From contig JBLDXI010000020.1 in the NCBI GenBank assembly GCA_047495785.1, positions 930,001 through 994,000 on the forward strand: a DNA stretch of 64,000 nucleotides, in the 5' to 3' direction. Made by a program: the position numbers and the translations under genes. The notes beneath the pieces were generated by a model. It was given only the letters and a program-made list of their open reading frames with translations. It made no database searches and was not told where the DNA came from. Positions 1 through 10,904 of the stretch are shown one piece after another (the stretch's first letter is position 1; each line of letters begins with the position of its first letter). The stretch is from Lepidodermella squamata. Taxonomy: Eukaryota > Animalia > Gastrotricha.

Positions 1-117
1 ATGCAATTAAACGCTGTCTTTTCCAGGTAAACAACGTGTCCGATACAGAATAAATAACGCTGTTGTTTTCTTTTTTAAATAATATATTATAGCACATGCG
101 GTATTTAGCCCTATGTT

Positions 118-417
118 ATGGTTCTAGTCATTATCGCCATGATAACCGCCGTCACCGTTCCCTTTTTCACCAACCCTGAACACCTAGTCCTCAGCACCGC
201 CGACCCTCAATACATCGTAGTCAAACCCGACAAGGCGTCCCACTCATCCGATTCCAACTGGGCCTCAAATGTGTTGTGGTTCACGATAGCAGCCGTGTCG
301 GCTTATGTTTTAGGCGGATTTCTAGCGCTGGTTTTCAAAGCGCTGTACGGCTACATTCGTTACCGATGCCGGAAATACTATCTAGAGCGATCTTTATCCC
401 AGGTAAGTCAGCAATAA
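118..417 (+). CDS. Small putative membrane protein, unknown function
   Basis: ATG-initiated 99-aa ORF with a hydrophobic N-terminus and a second hydrophobic stretch followed by a basic cluster (YIRYRCRK). No recognised family. Confidence 0.35.
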   Translation: MVLVIIAMITAVTVPFFTNPEHLVLSTADPQYIVVKPDKASHSSDSNWASNVLWFTIAAVSAYVLGGFLALVFKALYGYIRYRCRKYYLERSLSQVSQQ

Positions 418-940
418 TTTTGTTGAAACAATATTTGACCGTTATAACATGTGAAAAGTGGGGGTTTGACTAAATTTTTGATTTTGATGCCGCTTTCAAG
501 ATCAATGAAAAAAGGGGTCGAGCGATATCAAAATGACGTTGATAGTCATCATGGTTGCAAAGAAAATGGGCTTCAAAGTTTACGGGTAAAAATTTCTGAT
601 TTCAAAAAATGCGTGCTTAAAAAATTTAGTTTTTTTTATTGCATCAATTAATAATTCGTCGCGCAATTAATTCGAATGTTTTTTATGCGCAAAGGTGAGA
701 AATCTATCCAGATATTCAACGATTTTGAAGGATGGGAGCCTCCTAGGGGTCTGAATTTTGAAAATTCAAAATCCTCAAGAAAAACTGAGTAGGAACATCT
801 AGAATCCCAAGAATCGTCCTTCTTCAAGTCAACACACCTTTTGCCATTTGCTGGAAAATGAGAAAATACGCCAAACCACACTTTTCACTTGTTAACGGTC
901 ATTTTATTTAAGAATTTAGTGTAGTTTCTGATATAAAAAT

Positions 941-3268
941 TCAGATAGTCTCCGGGGTTATAGTGACTGCAATTTCCCTGCGATAGTAGACTGCCATTTT
1001 CTTCAGAACCTCGATTATCACGGGGAGCAGGAAACACAAGCAGAAATTCACCGAGAGTAGGACAAAGCCAATAGTTGCAATGATACCCTTCCAATAGACC
1101 ATTTCCAGATCCTCCGGGGTAGCAGCAAACACGATAGATATGACAACAAGAATCGCGAATGAGTTGATAGCTGACGCCGAAACAGCCCGCCGCCATAGGA
1201 CTAACCAATCCGGCACACCCTTATGCATTCTCGGAGTAAGTTCAAGGTGAAGAGCGATCAAAAACGCAGCGAACAGCAACGCCCCGTGAACAGCTGTAAT
1301 ACCAGCCAGCCATTTTTGTTGATGATCAGAGTAGCAGTACAAAGTTCTTTCGATGTAGTACTCGTCGCCAGTTGGGTCGTACTTCAAAGGCGAGTCGTAA
1401 TTAACGACTTTAAGACGGTCGTTTGTACCACTGAACCAAATGAGAAGCACAACTACAGTCGAGGCGACTGATACTGAAGATGGCACCCAGACTAACAATT
1501 TATCCGACAATCTTTCGATAGCCAAGTTACAGACCTCAATCGGCCAGATTCTCGGGGATAGGTGATCTTGTTTCAAAGCTACTAGCTGTTCCTTAGCCAT
1601 TCGCCTCATTCTTGTGATCACCACAAATACCAAGATCGATTGAGTTAAAATTTGGCTGGTGATGAAGCAAGGTCCAAGGGTCCCCTGAAACACCCTGACG
1701 TAGCAGAGAAAGTCCGGCAAAGTTCCGTCCCGGGTCAAAGCGTAAACAGAAGCAGCACACATTGTGACCAAACTTCCTATAGCCGTGTTGATCAAAGCTG
1801 GCATCATCGGCCACGACCGTGATCCTTCGAACGGCTTGTAATCACAATGGAAAGCTCCGACGATGAAGGTGATCACCATGAAGGCAAGGACAAACACTGC
1901 AGCGGCTACGACGATTGAATAGAACGCCAACGGGGGTTTGGTTAGGACCACATTTATCTTCGACAAATCATTCGGGGGAAGGTTCCTACAACCAGGGTTC
2001 CAGTCGATTTTCTGGCCAAGGTTTACGACTTCATAGCTAGCCATAGCGAAGATTTCTTGCGACTTCAGGGTAATCCTATACAGAGGCTTGATTTCAGATC
2101 CATTCGAAGTTATCTGAGCTACCCAAATCGGGGCCTGGTCGTTACTTTGCCGGTTGGAGTACTTAACCGGGCCTAATAGACCGAGGAAGTTACTCGAGGA
2201 AGCTGCTTTTATCATCGTCTCCATTGCCAATGTCGGTTTACTGCCGAAATCTGTGATGCTAGAATTCCACTGGCGATTCAATGCTTCTTCAGTTTTACTG
2301 AGAGAAACAATCGCTTGAAGCATAGAGTCGTGGCAAATCAACCGTTGATCGAAATCTTGGGTTGTAGTTCGATTGAGAGCCGCTGATAGATGAAAGCTGA
2401 ATTCTTCATATCCGTAGCCGAGTTCTGTTTGCTGAACAGCCAAGCTGTCCTGTTGAAGGCCATAACCTAACCAGAATGAATTCCTCATCTGCTCTGAAAC
2501 AACCGCCCTAGAACAGGGTAATGTGACTTTGTCCAGCTTGACCTTTGAAGCTGAAATCGGAATAAGGTAGACGAATTCAGGCCCATAGACGCCCTGGTTA
2601 TACGCTCGGCACCAAAACTCAACAACGCCAGCCAAGTCCAAGGTTGCGACTACCACGACCCTGACATTATTCGTGATGATAGCTTTGATTTGCTGATCTT
2701 CGAATTTCGCTAGATTTGAGTAGTAAGCAACAGTCATTATGCCGGAATCGACTAGTTTGGCTAGAATCTCAGCATTTTGCTGGGGTAGATTGCCGACAAT
2801 ACCAATTCGTCGCCACTGAATCACATCCCGAGCGAACTTGAAAACAGCCGCCATAGCTACGTCGATTGGAACGGAAGTTCGAAAGTTTGAAGTTCCAGGC
2901 TCGGCGATGAAATTGCTGTACATTGAAAACTGCGATAGCTTATAGGTCCGAATCAACCGCGAGAACGCTGGCTTCTCAATGTTCGGCCCAACAACAGCTG
3001 GAGCGATTTCGTTTTTAGGATATCGAGTCATTAAATCAATCAAGTAGTCGGTTTCGTTAGGCCCTTGCGTTCGGAAAATTGCCTCCAACTTGAAACCGGG
3101 TAGAATCGATGTATTTTTGTTAGCTTGCTCAATAACCAGCTGCATAGCCTTCGAGCAGGCATCTTGAGCTTCTTCGGCTTCAACATAAGCCAAAATATGC
3201 AGAATTTGCTCCGCTGCTAACGCTGCATGGAGGCAAATTCCGGCCAGAAAAAAGACTGAGATGGACAT
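941..3268 (-). CDS. Class C GPCR, GABA-B-receptor-like (Venus flytrap + 7TM, no cysteine-rich domain), intronless
   Basis: 775-aa ORF with signal peptide, VFT-type motifs (IEQANKNTSILPGFKL, WRRIG, CRAYNQGVYGPEFVY, FLGLLGPVKY), about seven hydrophobic helices with Cys at the top of TM3 and in ECL2 (YCYS), and a short C-tail. Confidence 0.85.
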   Translation of the reverse strand: MSISVFFLAGICLHAALAAEQILHILAYVEAEEAQDACSKAMQLVIEQANKNTSILPGFKLEAIFRTQGPNETDYLIDLMTRYPKNEIAPAVVGPNIEKPAFSRLIRTYKLSQFSMYSNFIAEPGTSNFRTSVPIDVAMAAVFKFARDVIQWRRIGIVGNLPQQNAEILAKLVDSGIMTVAYYSNLAKFEDQQIKAIITNNVRVVVVATLDLAGVVEFWCRAYNQGVYGPEFVYLIPISASKVKLDKVTLPCSRAVVSEQMRNSFWLGYGLQQDSLAVQQTELGYGYEEFSFHLSAALNRTTTQDFDQRLICHDSMLQAIVSLSKTEEALNRQWNSSITDFGSKPTLAMETMIKAASSSNFLGLLGPVKYSNRQSNDQAPIWVAQITSNGSEIKPLYRITLKSQEIFAMASYEVVNLGQKIDWNPGCRNLPPNDLSKINVVLTKPPLAFYSIVVAAAVFVLAFMVITFIVGAFHCDYKPFEGSRSWPMMPALINTAIGSLVTMCAASVYALTRDGTLPDFLCYVRVFQGTLGPCFITSQILTQSILVFVVITRMRRMAKEQLVALKQDHLSPRIWPIEVCNLAIERLSDKLLVWVPSSVSVASTVVVLLIWFSGTNDRLKVVNYDSPLKYDPTGDEYYIERTLYCYSDHQQKWLAGITAVHGALLFAAFLIALHLELTPRMHKGVPDWLVLWRRAVSASAINSFAILVVISIVFAATPEDLEMVYWKGIIATIGFVLLSVNFCLCFLLPVIIEVLKKMAVYYRREIAVTITPETI

Positions 3269-3766
3269 TTTTCGACAAATTATTGCCGCAAGGTTCGCAG
3301 ATTGGTCGAAATTATTAAGACGATAGGGATTTGATCGACCATTGATGTCAAGTTCAATAAAAATCTTCGCTTAATTGAGCGTGGAACGTGAAAAAACAAA
3401 CTTTTGGAATTTAACAAAAATAGCTCACTTTATGGGTTAATTTGAGCGCAAATGCGGGCATTTGGTGCGGACCTGCAGTCATCTAAATAAGTGCCATCCT
3501 AATCAAATCAAAATCAGGCAAGAGGAAGTCATTCTGGATCTAAGTAGTGGACATTATGGAAGTCTGATTTTTCTCTGACAATTAAAACAATTAAAGGATC
3601 AACGGTTTTAGATCCCTGGCAAGTTGGGAACCTGGGATCCATGTAGGTTAGACCTTATATGGGCAAATTTGAGAAGACACTTTTTCGGTCTAGTGGCTAA
3701 ATAAAGCGATTTAATGAAATTTATGAATATTTTTTGTCCGATTTCTAGGCTCGAAATCAGCCATCC

Positions 3767-4243
3767 GTGGTGCTATCACCTCTGTTGAGTCAGCCTTCCA
3801 ATATGGCGTCCCTGCATTATCATCCTCCCCTGGATGAACACCGGCGTTTCTCGCCAGTTTTCCCCGACCGTATACCCCCTTCAGCTAGCAACTGTGCAAT
3901 TTCAATGATGTCCGTTTCGATCTCAGGAGCGAAGTTGTCAAGCTCCGCGCCGTCTACGCCAACTGCGGCTAAACCTCTTATGCCCGACTATTCGCCACGC
4001 GTTGTCGTTCCATCGGCGGCTGTTGATCTTTCAGAGGCTAGAAATAGCAGCAGCACGACAGCCGCCAATAAGACGTGCCCAGCAGCTGTCAGGCAGTCGC
4101 CGGCTTTTGTTATGAAAAACAAGTCGAAACGCGGCGGCGTGTGCTCGCGCGTCATCGAGGAGGAAAATTCCGCCGAACACCTCGATCGCGTGACTGCTAT
4201 TTTGCTCGACGAAAAATGCGAAGAGATAGCAACAATAATTTGA
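3767..4243 (+). CDS. Ser/Pro-rich protein or terminal coding exon, unknown
   Basis: GC-richer open frame preceded by a ttctag acceptor (~3748). The true start is uncertain. Confidence 0.45.
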   Translation: MVLSPLLSQPSNMASLHYHPPLDEHRRFSPVFPDRIPPSASNCAISMMSVSISGAKLSSSAPSTPTAAKPLMPDYSPRVVVPSAAVDLSEARNSSSTTAANKTCPAAVRQSPAFVMKNKSKRGGVCSRVIEEENSAEHLDRVTAILLDEKCEEIATII

Positions 4244-4436
4244 CCAATATTTTTCTTTGTCGATCTCTCTATGTTTGTTTAACGATAAATCTATAGTACA
4301 TGATGATACTGAGATGAAAAAAGCTATGGAATAAATATATTTTATTATTTCGAGTGTCTGGTTTTTGGGTTGCAAATTTCGAATTATTAATTTCCAAAAA
4401 TCAAAAATCCATCGCAAAATGCGCGTGACCGGGAAA

Positions 4437-4838
4437 TTCGTTGTCCCTTAAGTTGGGCAACTACCATTTGGAATTTTGGAATTTTTTTAGGAATTCAAAC
4501 TATTTTTTTTTAATTTAGTCCACTGTGGGGAATCTTTTTCTACGATTTTACCGAAGACATTGAAAATTTACCAGAAAAACCCCTGAAATCCCTGAAAACT
4601 TCGATGGTAACTGGTTCGGTAATTTTCGGTTTTTACCTGGTTGGATCACATTTCTTCGGATTTTTTAATCCCGTTCACAAGAGACGTACTTGATTACTTT
4701 TTACTCTTGTTGTGGCATTTTATATTTTTCTAAGATTTTTCTTGCCACGAAATACGGCTTCCTGTCTCATTTTAGAGTTTCTGGCCCCTTTTCCCGTGTA
4801 TTTTCTTTGGTTGCGTATTTCTTATGGGACACGCTGTA
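4437..4838. mobile_element. MITE, degenerate copy (Tc1/mariner-like ends)
   Basis: Ends in TGGGACACGCTG-TA (4825-4838). Internal 29-mer cgatggtaactggttcggtaattttcggt is the exact reverse complement of sequence in the 59.7-60.1 kb element. The left TIR is decayed (ttgtcccttaagttgggcaacta). Confidence 0.7.
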
Positions 4839-5278
4839 CAACCATTTTAACCCCATTTTTTCTTCGAGAAAAGCTTGCTGGTCGATGAATCATAGTCCTA
4901 GTTTTTGTCCCACGCTGTTTAGTGGTGTTGTAGCATGAACCTTTATGGAACTAATCCAATTTCGAAAAAGGACTAATTGATATTTTCGGTTATTCGTGCG
5001 AGCTTTGACCTATCGATCAAGAACTAAACGCGGGCTTTGAGGTATAAAGTTGCGGGGAGAAATGAACTGTTGCTCATGATTACTCGCCAATTATTAAAGA
5101 CATAATTTTTATCAAACGGTTTATTCGCGTATTTTTCGTAATCACTGGTAATAATGCTAATAAGAGTGGCCGCTTCACCGACCTGCCGTGAGGATTTTTA
5201 GCCAGTTACCTCAGCTTTTGGAAGATGTGATTCGTAACACGGGTTTCGAAATAATGAAACACAAATAATATTATATTA

Positions 5279-5959
5279 TCATTCTTGCACCTCGGGTAAA
5301 TTTGGTTTATAACGGCCGGCTGTCATGCCGCCGAACGTGTTGGCCCGTTCGCGGGTCTGATGGTTCGGCGAGCCGTGGCTGGTAACTTGGACAATAATAT
5401 TCGAACCCTCGCCGATGAACAAGTTCGAGTTAGACGAGGATATCGAAGGCGGTGTGATAAGGACATTACTGCTGAGGCCGTAAGCTAGGGGCGACTCGCC
5501 TCGAGACTCCTGATTCAGCGGCGCCGAGTGGCTCTGGCCATCGTGAGCTAACACCGTCGGCACCTCTAACGACGAAGTTTTCCGAATGTGCCTATCCATC
5601 GAACCTCGGCGGCTATCATTCTAAAAAAGGAGGACGCTAATTAAAAAAACCCTCCTTAATTTTAATTGCGACATTACAGAGTCAGAATTTGGCGGGCTTT
5701 GCTGCTGTTTTAATATTAACTCGCTCGATCGATTTGCCAGTGAGTTTAGGGAACGGCTAGGGCTTCGCAGGCCTTTCCTCTCGAGCTGGGCCTGAAATTT
5801 CGTGTGTTCCATATTCAGCATCTTGAGCTTGGTGTTGTGTTCAAGGGCGATGTCATTGAGGCGTTTTTGCAGTTTCGACTCCTCGATTTGCAACCAACGG
5901 CAGTCTCGAGTTCTCTCATAGCGTTTTCTTTCCTTCAACTCCTGCTTCGATAAATTCAT
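5279..5959 (-). CDS. Two-exon coiled-coil / Ser-rich protein, unknown
   Basis: ORFs 5621-5959 and 5279-5599 join in frame through a 57-nt GT-AG intron (5621-5677), giving PPNSDS|NDSRRGSMDR. The N-terminal half is charged and heptad-like. Confidence 0.65.
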
Positions 5960-6640
5960 CGATAACAGGCCTGGTACTACTCTAGATATGAAATAATGTT
6001 GGATTTAAGGTCAAAAAAGGAAGCATTTAACGGCGGGTTCGAGTCTTCGAAGTAAAAAGGTCGTAATGGGTCGTTTTTCTTAATAGCTCACCTGTATCTC
6101 CTTCTGCGCTGCCTACTCTCTATTCTCTTTCACAGACTTCGGACTCGCTGTTGATATTGTAAGCAGTTTGAAGTGTATTTTAGCGATAAAAAAATGAATA
6201 GCACTGACTGCGTTATTAATGGCCGCGATGACTTTTGCGCGGCGTATAATGGCGCACATTCTCCGGTAGTTTCCCCCCGTTCTATTGACAGAACGAAGGA
6301 AACGAACTCGACTAAGCCGCGGGCGTCAATAGCGCCCGTCTCACATAGAAGGACGATGCGCCTTTTATACTATAGTTATCGGCTCGCAAGTACTCCAGTT
6401 TTCCAGGTGTATTCCGTTTTTTTTGTATCTGTGTTACGTGAAGAGGGCTATTTTAATATAAGAACGAAGCTTACGACAGCAAAGCGTCTCATTACGCGGC
6501 CAATTCTTTGACATGATTTATTGCACTACCATTTTTGGCAACAAAAACGGACCTGACGGAATGCGTCGTAGTTCTTATTCATTTTTTCGAACTGTTATAT
6601 AGCAGCTAATTTTAGTTATTTGGGCGTGAACGCGCACTTA

Positions 6641-6690
6641 CGTCATCAACGCGTGAGGTTTATAGAGCTGTCCGATTAAGTGGTGTTTAT
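6641..6690 (+). promoter_or_regulatory. Conserved upstream element shared by Cys-loop genes 1 and 2
   Basis: gcgtgaggttt...gagctgtccgattaagtg occurs ~200 nt upstream of both ATGs (18-mer at 6665-6682 and 9397-9414). Confidence 0.5.
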
Positions 6691-6886
6691 TTGCTTCGTT
6701 GATTTCGTCACTGAAAAATTCATTGCGTTGAGGCCAATTTTAAACCTGGGCAAAATGAGGGGAAACAAATTTTTCCGGTAAATCCCAGCGGAATTTCTAC
6801 CTGGGGAAAGTTTGGCTTGACGTGGGCTAAACGTGCACTTTGCAAGTGGTGGAATTATTTAATTATTTTAACATTAAACAAGCAAA

Positions 6887-8187
6887 ATGTTTTACTTATC
6901 AGGCGAGTTTTTGCTGTTAATGTTCATGCTTCAGGGCTGTAACGCTGTCGAGGATGTCCGGAAAGCAGTGTTCACAGAGTGTAATTTGATGCCAGAGTCA
7001 TCTAGCCCAAATGAGTTTGACCTTGATGGAGCCCCTATGCCGGTTTCGATATCCGTACAACTCGATCGGTTGATCGAGCTTGATGACCTCAAAGAGACAT
7101 TTTCGGTCAGCGGTGTCATCTTCTTGACATTTGGCATCGATTGCGTTAAGAATGCGTCGCTAAAGTACCATAATGAGGTCAAACGTATTCGTGATTACTG
7201 GGTTATTACCAATACCGATGACTATTGGCGGCCGCCCTTCATTCACTGGAACAGGTTTAAAGGCATAAAGAAATAACAATTAATTTGCTTTTAAAACTTT
7301 CAAACAGCCGTGGCGATTATGGCTTAACAAAGGATTGCTTTTCAATAATGAATGTTATCCCTTTCGAAGGTATGGTTCTATTCGGCTATGCCGGGGTTCT
7401 AACCAGCTCGTGTGCCCTCAAACTCGAGACGTATTGTGGCATGACCCAAATAGTGAAAAACATTATTGCTACTTAATTTTAACAGATTTCCTACCGATAC
7501 GCAAACTTGTACGATGGAATTCGCGTTGTGGATGACTGACTGGATGGTAAAGGTTCAAAGTTTTGATGTAAGCTTCATGTCAGATAACGGCGAGAGGTTT
7601 ATTACCGACAATCTTGGATGGACCTTCATATCGACCAATGCTAGCTGGAAAACTATGCCTTACGAGGCGAATACGTACCAGTATTTCAAAGTCGAGGTCC
7701 GCGTCAAACGCCTGGTTCACTACTACATTGTCAACATTGTATGGCCCTGTGCCTTGCTTACCATTGTTCAGTATGCGACATTCTTTATTCCGCCAGAAAT
7801 GGGAGATAGACCCAGGTTGGTTTGTTCATGATAATGGCCATTTCACACATCTTTCTTTTCAACAGCTTCGCAATGACCATTCTTTTGAGCTTCACGGTTA
7901 TCAGCTCTGGTCTTCAAAGCAACATTCCGAAAACTCCAGTCGAAGTTGCCATCAGCAACTTGATCACAGTGCTGACTGTTTCGGCTACCTTCATAACCTG
8001 CTACGCCGCACTCACCTGTGCATGGGTGGAATCCTACAACAAAACTGCGTATAAAACATATACTTTTCTGGGTTCAAACATTCGATTTTGCCGAATTATT
8101 GATGTCATCGTAATGGCAAGCATTTGCGTTGTCACTTTTATCGTTATGATTTCGATAAGTGCAGCCTCGGGATTTATGACTTACTAA
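6887..8187 (+). CDS. Cys-loop ligand-gated ion channel subunit 1 (divergent nAChR/5-HT3-like, non-alpha), 4 exons
   Basis: Signal peptide, loop A WRPP, spliced Cys-loop C-ALKLETFPTDTQT-C (13 aa), M1 YYIVNIVWPC, M2 GDRPSFAMTILLSFTV, IPKT, M3 and M4. Three short GT-AG introns. Confidence 0.9.
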
Positions 8188-8563
8188 CATTGCTGGCATA
8201 ATCAATTGAAGCATGAATGTAAAAAATGTGATTCGATTCGATAAATACCCAAATTAAACCGGCTGTCCATGGTGTCCATCAAACGCTGAAATTTAGTAAA
8301 GGTTAATTGAAGGTAAATGAATGTAAATATGGAAACTTGAAATATTGAGAAACTACTGCTGTCACCATAATTCACGCTAGAATCATTTTAACCAAAACCC
8401 TGCAGAGAGGCATACTCGGCTTGACTGCAGACCAGCGCAAACAGGATCCACGAACAGGACAGGCGAACAGCAGCCGCAGCAGTCTCATTGTGCGATAGAA
8501 TGTCGACCGAATTCGAGAGTGGGCACGTAGTAAGCGATTTCCATCGGGGTTCCACTGTAGATA

Positions 8564-9002
8564 TTGCTTAGGGTGTGCCAACTGCCAAGTGCACCTACTA
8601 AAAATAAGGTTCCAGCACTAAATTTGAAAGTCACTCGCACTGCAGCAAAGCTCAGCTTCGTAAGGCGCCGTAATAACGACTATCGCTCTGTGTCTAACTC
8701 GGAAGTTGAGGCAGCAATCGAAAAATTGTCGTACAAACAGACCACAGGGTTGATGGAATTCCTGAATGCGTCGTGAAGATGTCGAAGTCCACAATCGCCC
8801 CATACTGTTCAACATGGGAATTAAGGAAGGAAAGTTTGTTGATGATTGGAAGGTTTCAATCGTTACAACTCTTCACAAATCTGGGAGCAGAGCGGATGCT
8901 GGCAACTATCGACCCATCTCTATCACATCTGCAATCGCGCGCACTTTCGAACGATGGCGTAGCGCGGCGATGCTGACCTTCGTCGGGCAGTGGTGTTTCT
9001 AG
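8564..9002 (+). mobile_element. Non-LTR retrotransposon (LINE) reverse-transcriptase fragment, decayed
   Basis: GKFVDDWKVSIVTTLHKSGSRADAGNYRPISITSAIARTFER matches the WK..V.PI.K.G.....NYRPISL motif of LINE ORF2. It is frameshifted relative to the upstream EVEAAIEKL segment and truncated. Confidence 0.8.
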
Positions 9003-9579
9003 ATTTTAGCTAGATTTTAAATAGTATTGAGTCCTGATAAAAAAGTGTTTTTCGTGGTCATCATTTGATCTTGAATCGGCCGCGGTTTTTTATTATTATT
9101 ATTATTGACTGCTTGCCTCCAACTTGTCGCGCCCCAAACAGGTGATTTCCACCCTCGCGACGCGACACGCGACAAAATACATTGTTATTTCTGTCGCTAG
9201 CTGTAACGGAACGGTCGTCCAGCCTACCCAATTGTTCGGGGGCCTGTCGCGCCGCTGAGTCCGTGAAGATCATAGAACAAGTGCGCGATACCTTATTCGT
9301 CGTGCCGTTCACTTGTCGGTGTCGCCGGACAATATCGCGAGTCCGTGATACCAGCTATGCGTCATCAAAAGCAATGAGGTGCGTGAGGTTTCCATTGAGC
9401 TGTCCGATTAAGTGATGTCTGCACTATAAAATTCACCGCGTTGGTGCCATTTTTGAACTTGATAGAAAGGTAGTTTTTATGCCGCATCTCTGCGGACTTG
9501 ACACCTGGTAGAAAAATGTGGGGGATGGCAAAGTTTCAAGTAAAAAAAAATATTTCATTTTTTGCATTCTAAAAGCAAA

Positions 9580-10878
9580 ATGTTTTACTTGTCGTACATA
9601 TTCCCGCTGTTATTGCCCATGCTTCAAGGTCAAACCGCTGCGGATGACTTTCGCACAGCAGTGTTCACAGAGTGTAATCTACTGCCAGGGTCATCAAGCC
9701 CGAATGAGTTTGATCTTGATGCAGCTCCTATACCCGTTTCTGTATCCATACAGCTCGATCGATTGATTGAGCTTGATGACGTAAGGGAGAGATTTTCGGT
9801 TAGCGGCGTCATCTTCGTGACATTTAGCGTCGATTGCGTTAAGAATGCGTCGCTACGGTACCATAATGAGGTGAAGCATATTCGTGATTACTGGGTTTTA
9901 ACCAACACTGAAGACTATTGGCGGCCGCCCTTTGTTCACTGGAACAGGTATAGAGTAAAAGTACATTTGTATTGTTAATTATACAACTTTCTAACAGCGG
10001 AGGTGATTTCGGCTTGGACAAGGATTGCTATTCAATATTGAATGTTATCCCTTTCGAGGGCCTGGTATTATACGGGTATGCTGGGGTTCTAACCAGTATG
10101 TGTGCCCTAAAACTCGAAACGTATTGAAACGCCGCCAAATTAGTCACAACAAATGTTGACATTTGAATATTAACAGATTTCCCACTGATACGCAGACTTG
10201 CTCGATGGATTTTGTGCTATGGATGACTGACTGGATGGTTACGGTTCAAAATTTCGAAGTCGGCTTCATGACCGGAAAAGATGACAAATTCATTACCGAT
10301 AATCTTGGCTGGTCCTTCATATCTACCAACGCTAGCTGGAAAACCCTGTCTGACCAGGCGAATACATACAAGCTCTTCAAAGTTGAGATCAGCGTGAAAC
10401 GCCTGGTTCACTATTACATTGTCAACATCGTGTGGCCTTGTGCCTTGCTTACCATTGTTCAGTATGCGACATTCTTCATCCCGCCTGAAATGGGGGATAG
10501 ACCGAGGTTAGTTTTTTCATGAAAATAGCCATTTCACTCATCTTGCTTTTCAACAGCTTCGCAATGACAATTCTTTTGAGCTTCACGGTTATCAGTTCCG
10601 GTCTTCAAAGCAACATTCCGAAAACTCCTGTCGAAGTTGCTATCAGCAACCTAATCACAGTCCTGACTGTTTCGGCTACTTTCATAACCTGCTACGCTGC
10701 AATCACCTGTGCCTGGGTGGAATCCTACAACAAAACTGCGTATAAAACATATAATTTTCTGGGTTCAAACATTCGATTTTGCCGAATTATTGATGTCATC
10801 GTAATGGCAAGCATTTGCGTTGTCACTTTTATTGTTATGATTTCGATAAGTGCAGCCTCGGGATTTATGACATACTAG
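9580..10878 (+). CDS. Cys-loop ligand-gated ion channel subunit 2, 4 exons
   Basis: Close paralog of 6887-8187 with the same intron positions. Cys-loop C-ALKLETFPTDTQT-C and four TM helices. Confidence 0.9.
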
Positions 10879-10904
10879 CACATTACTTGTTAATCAATTA
10901 AAGC

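Noticed and set aside
420-900. AT-rich stretch with short ORFs, possibly a repeat
   Set aside because: No terminal repeats, second copy or coding signal that I can support.
5621-5650. Apparent 30-nt intron
   Set aside because: A better donor (gtaatg at 5677) gives an in-frame 57-nt intron matching the local size mode.
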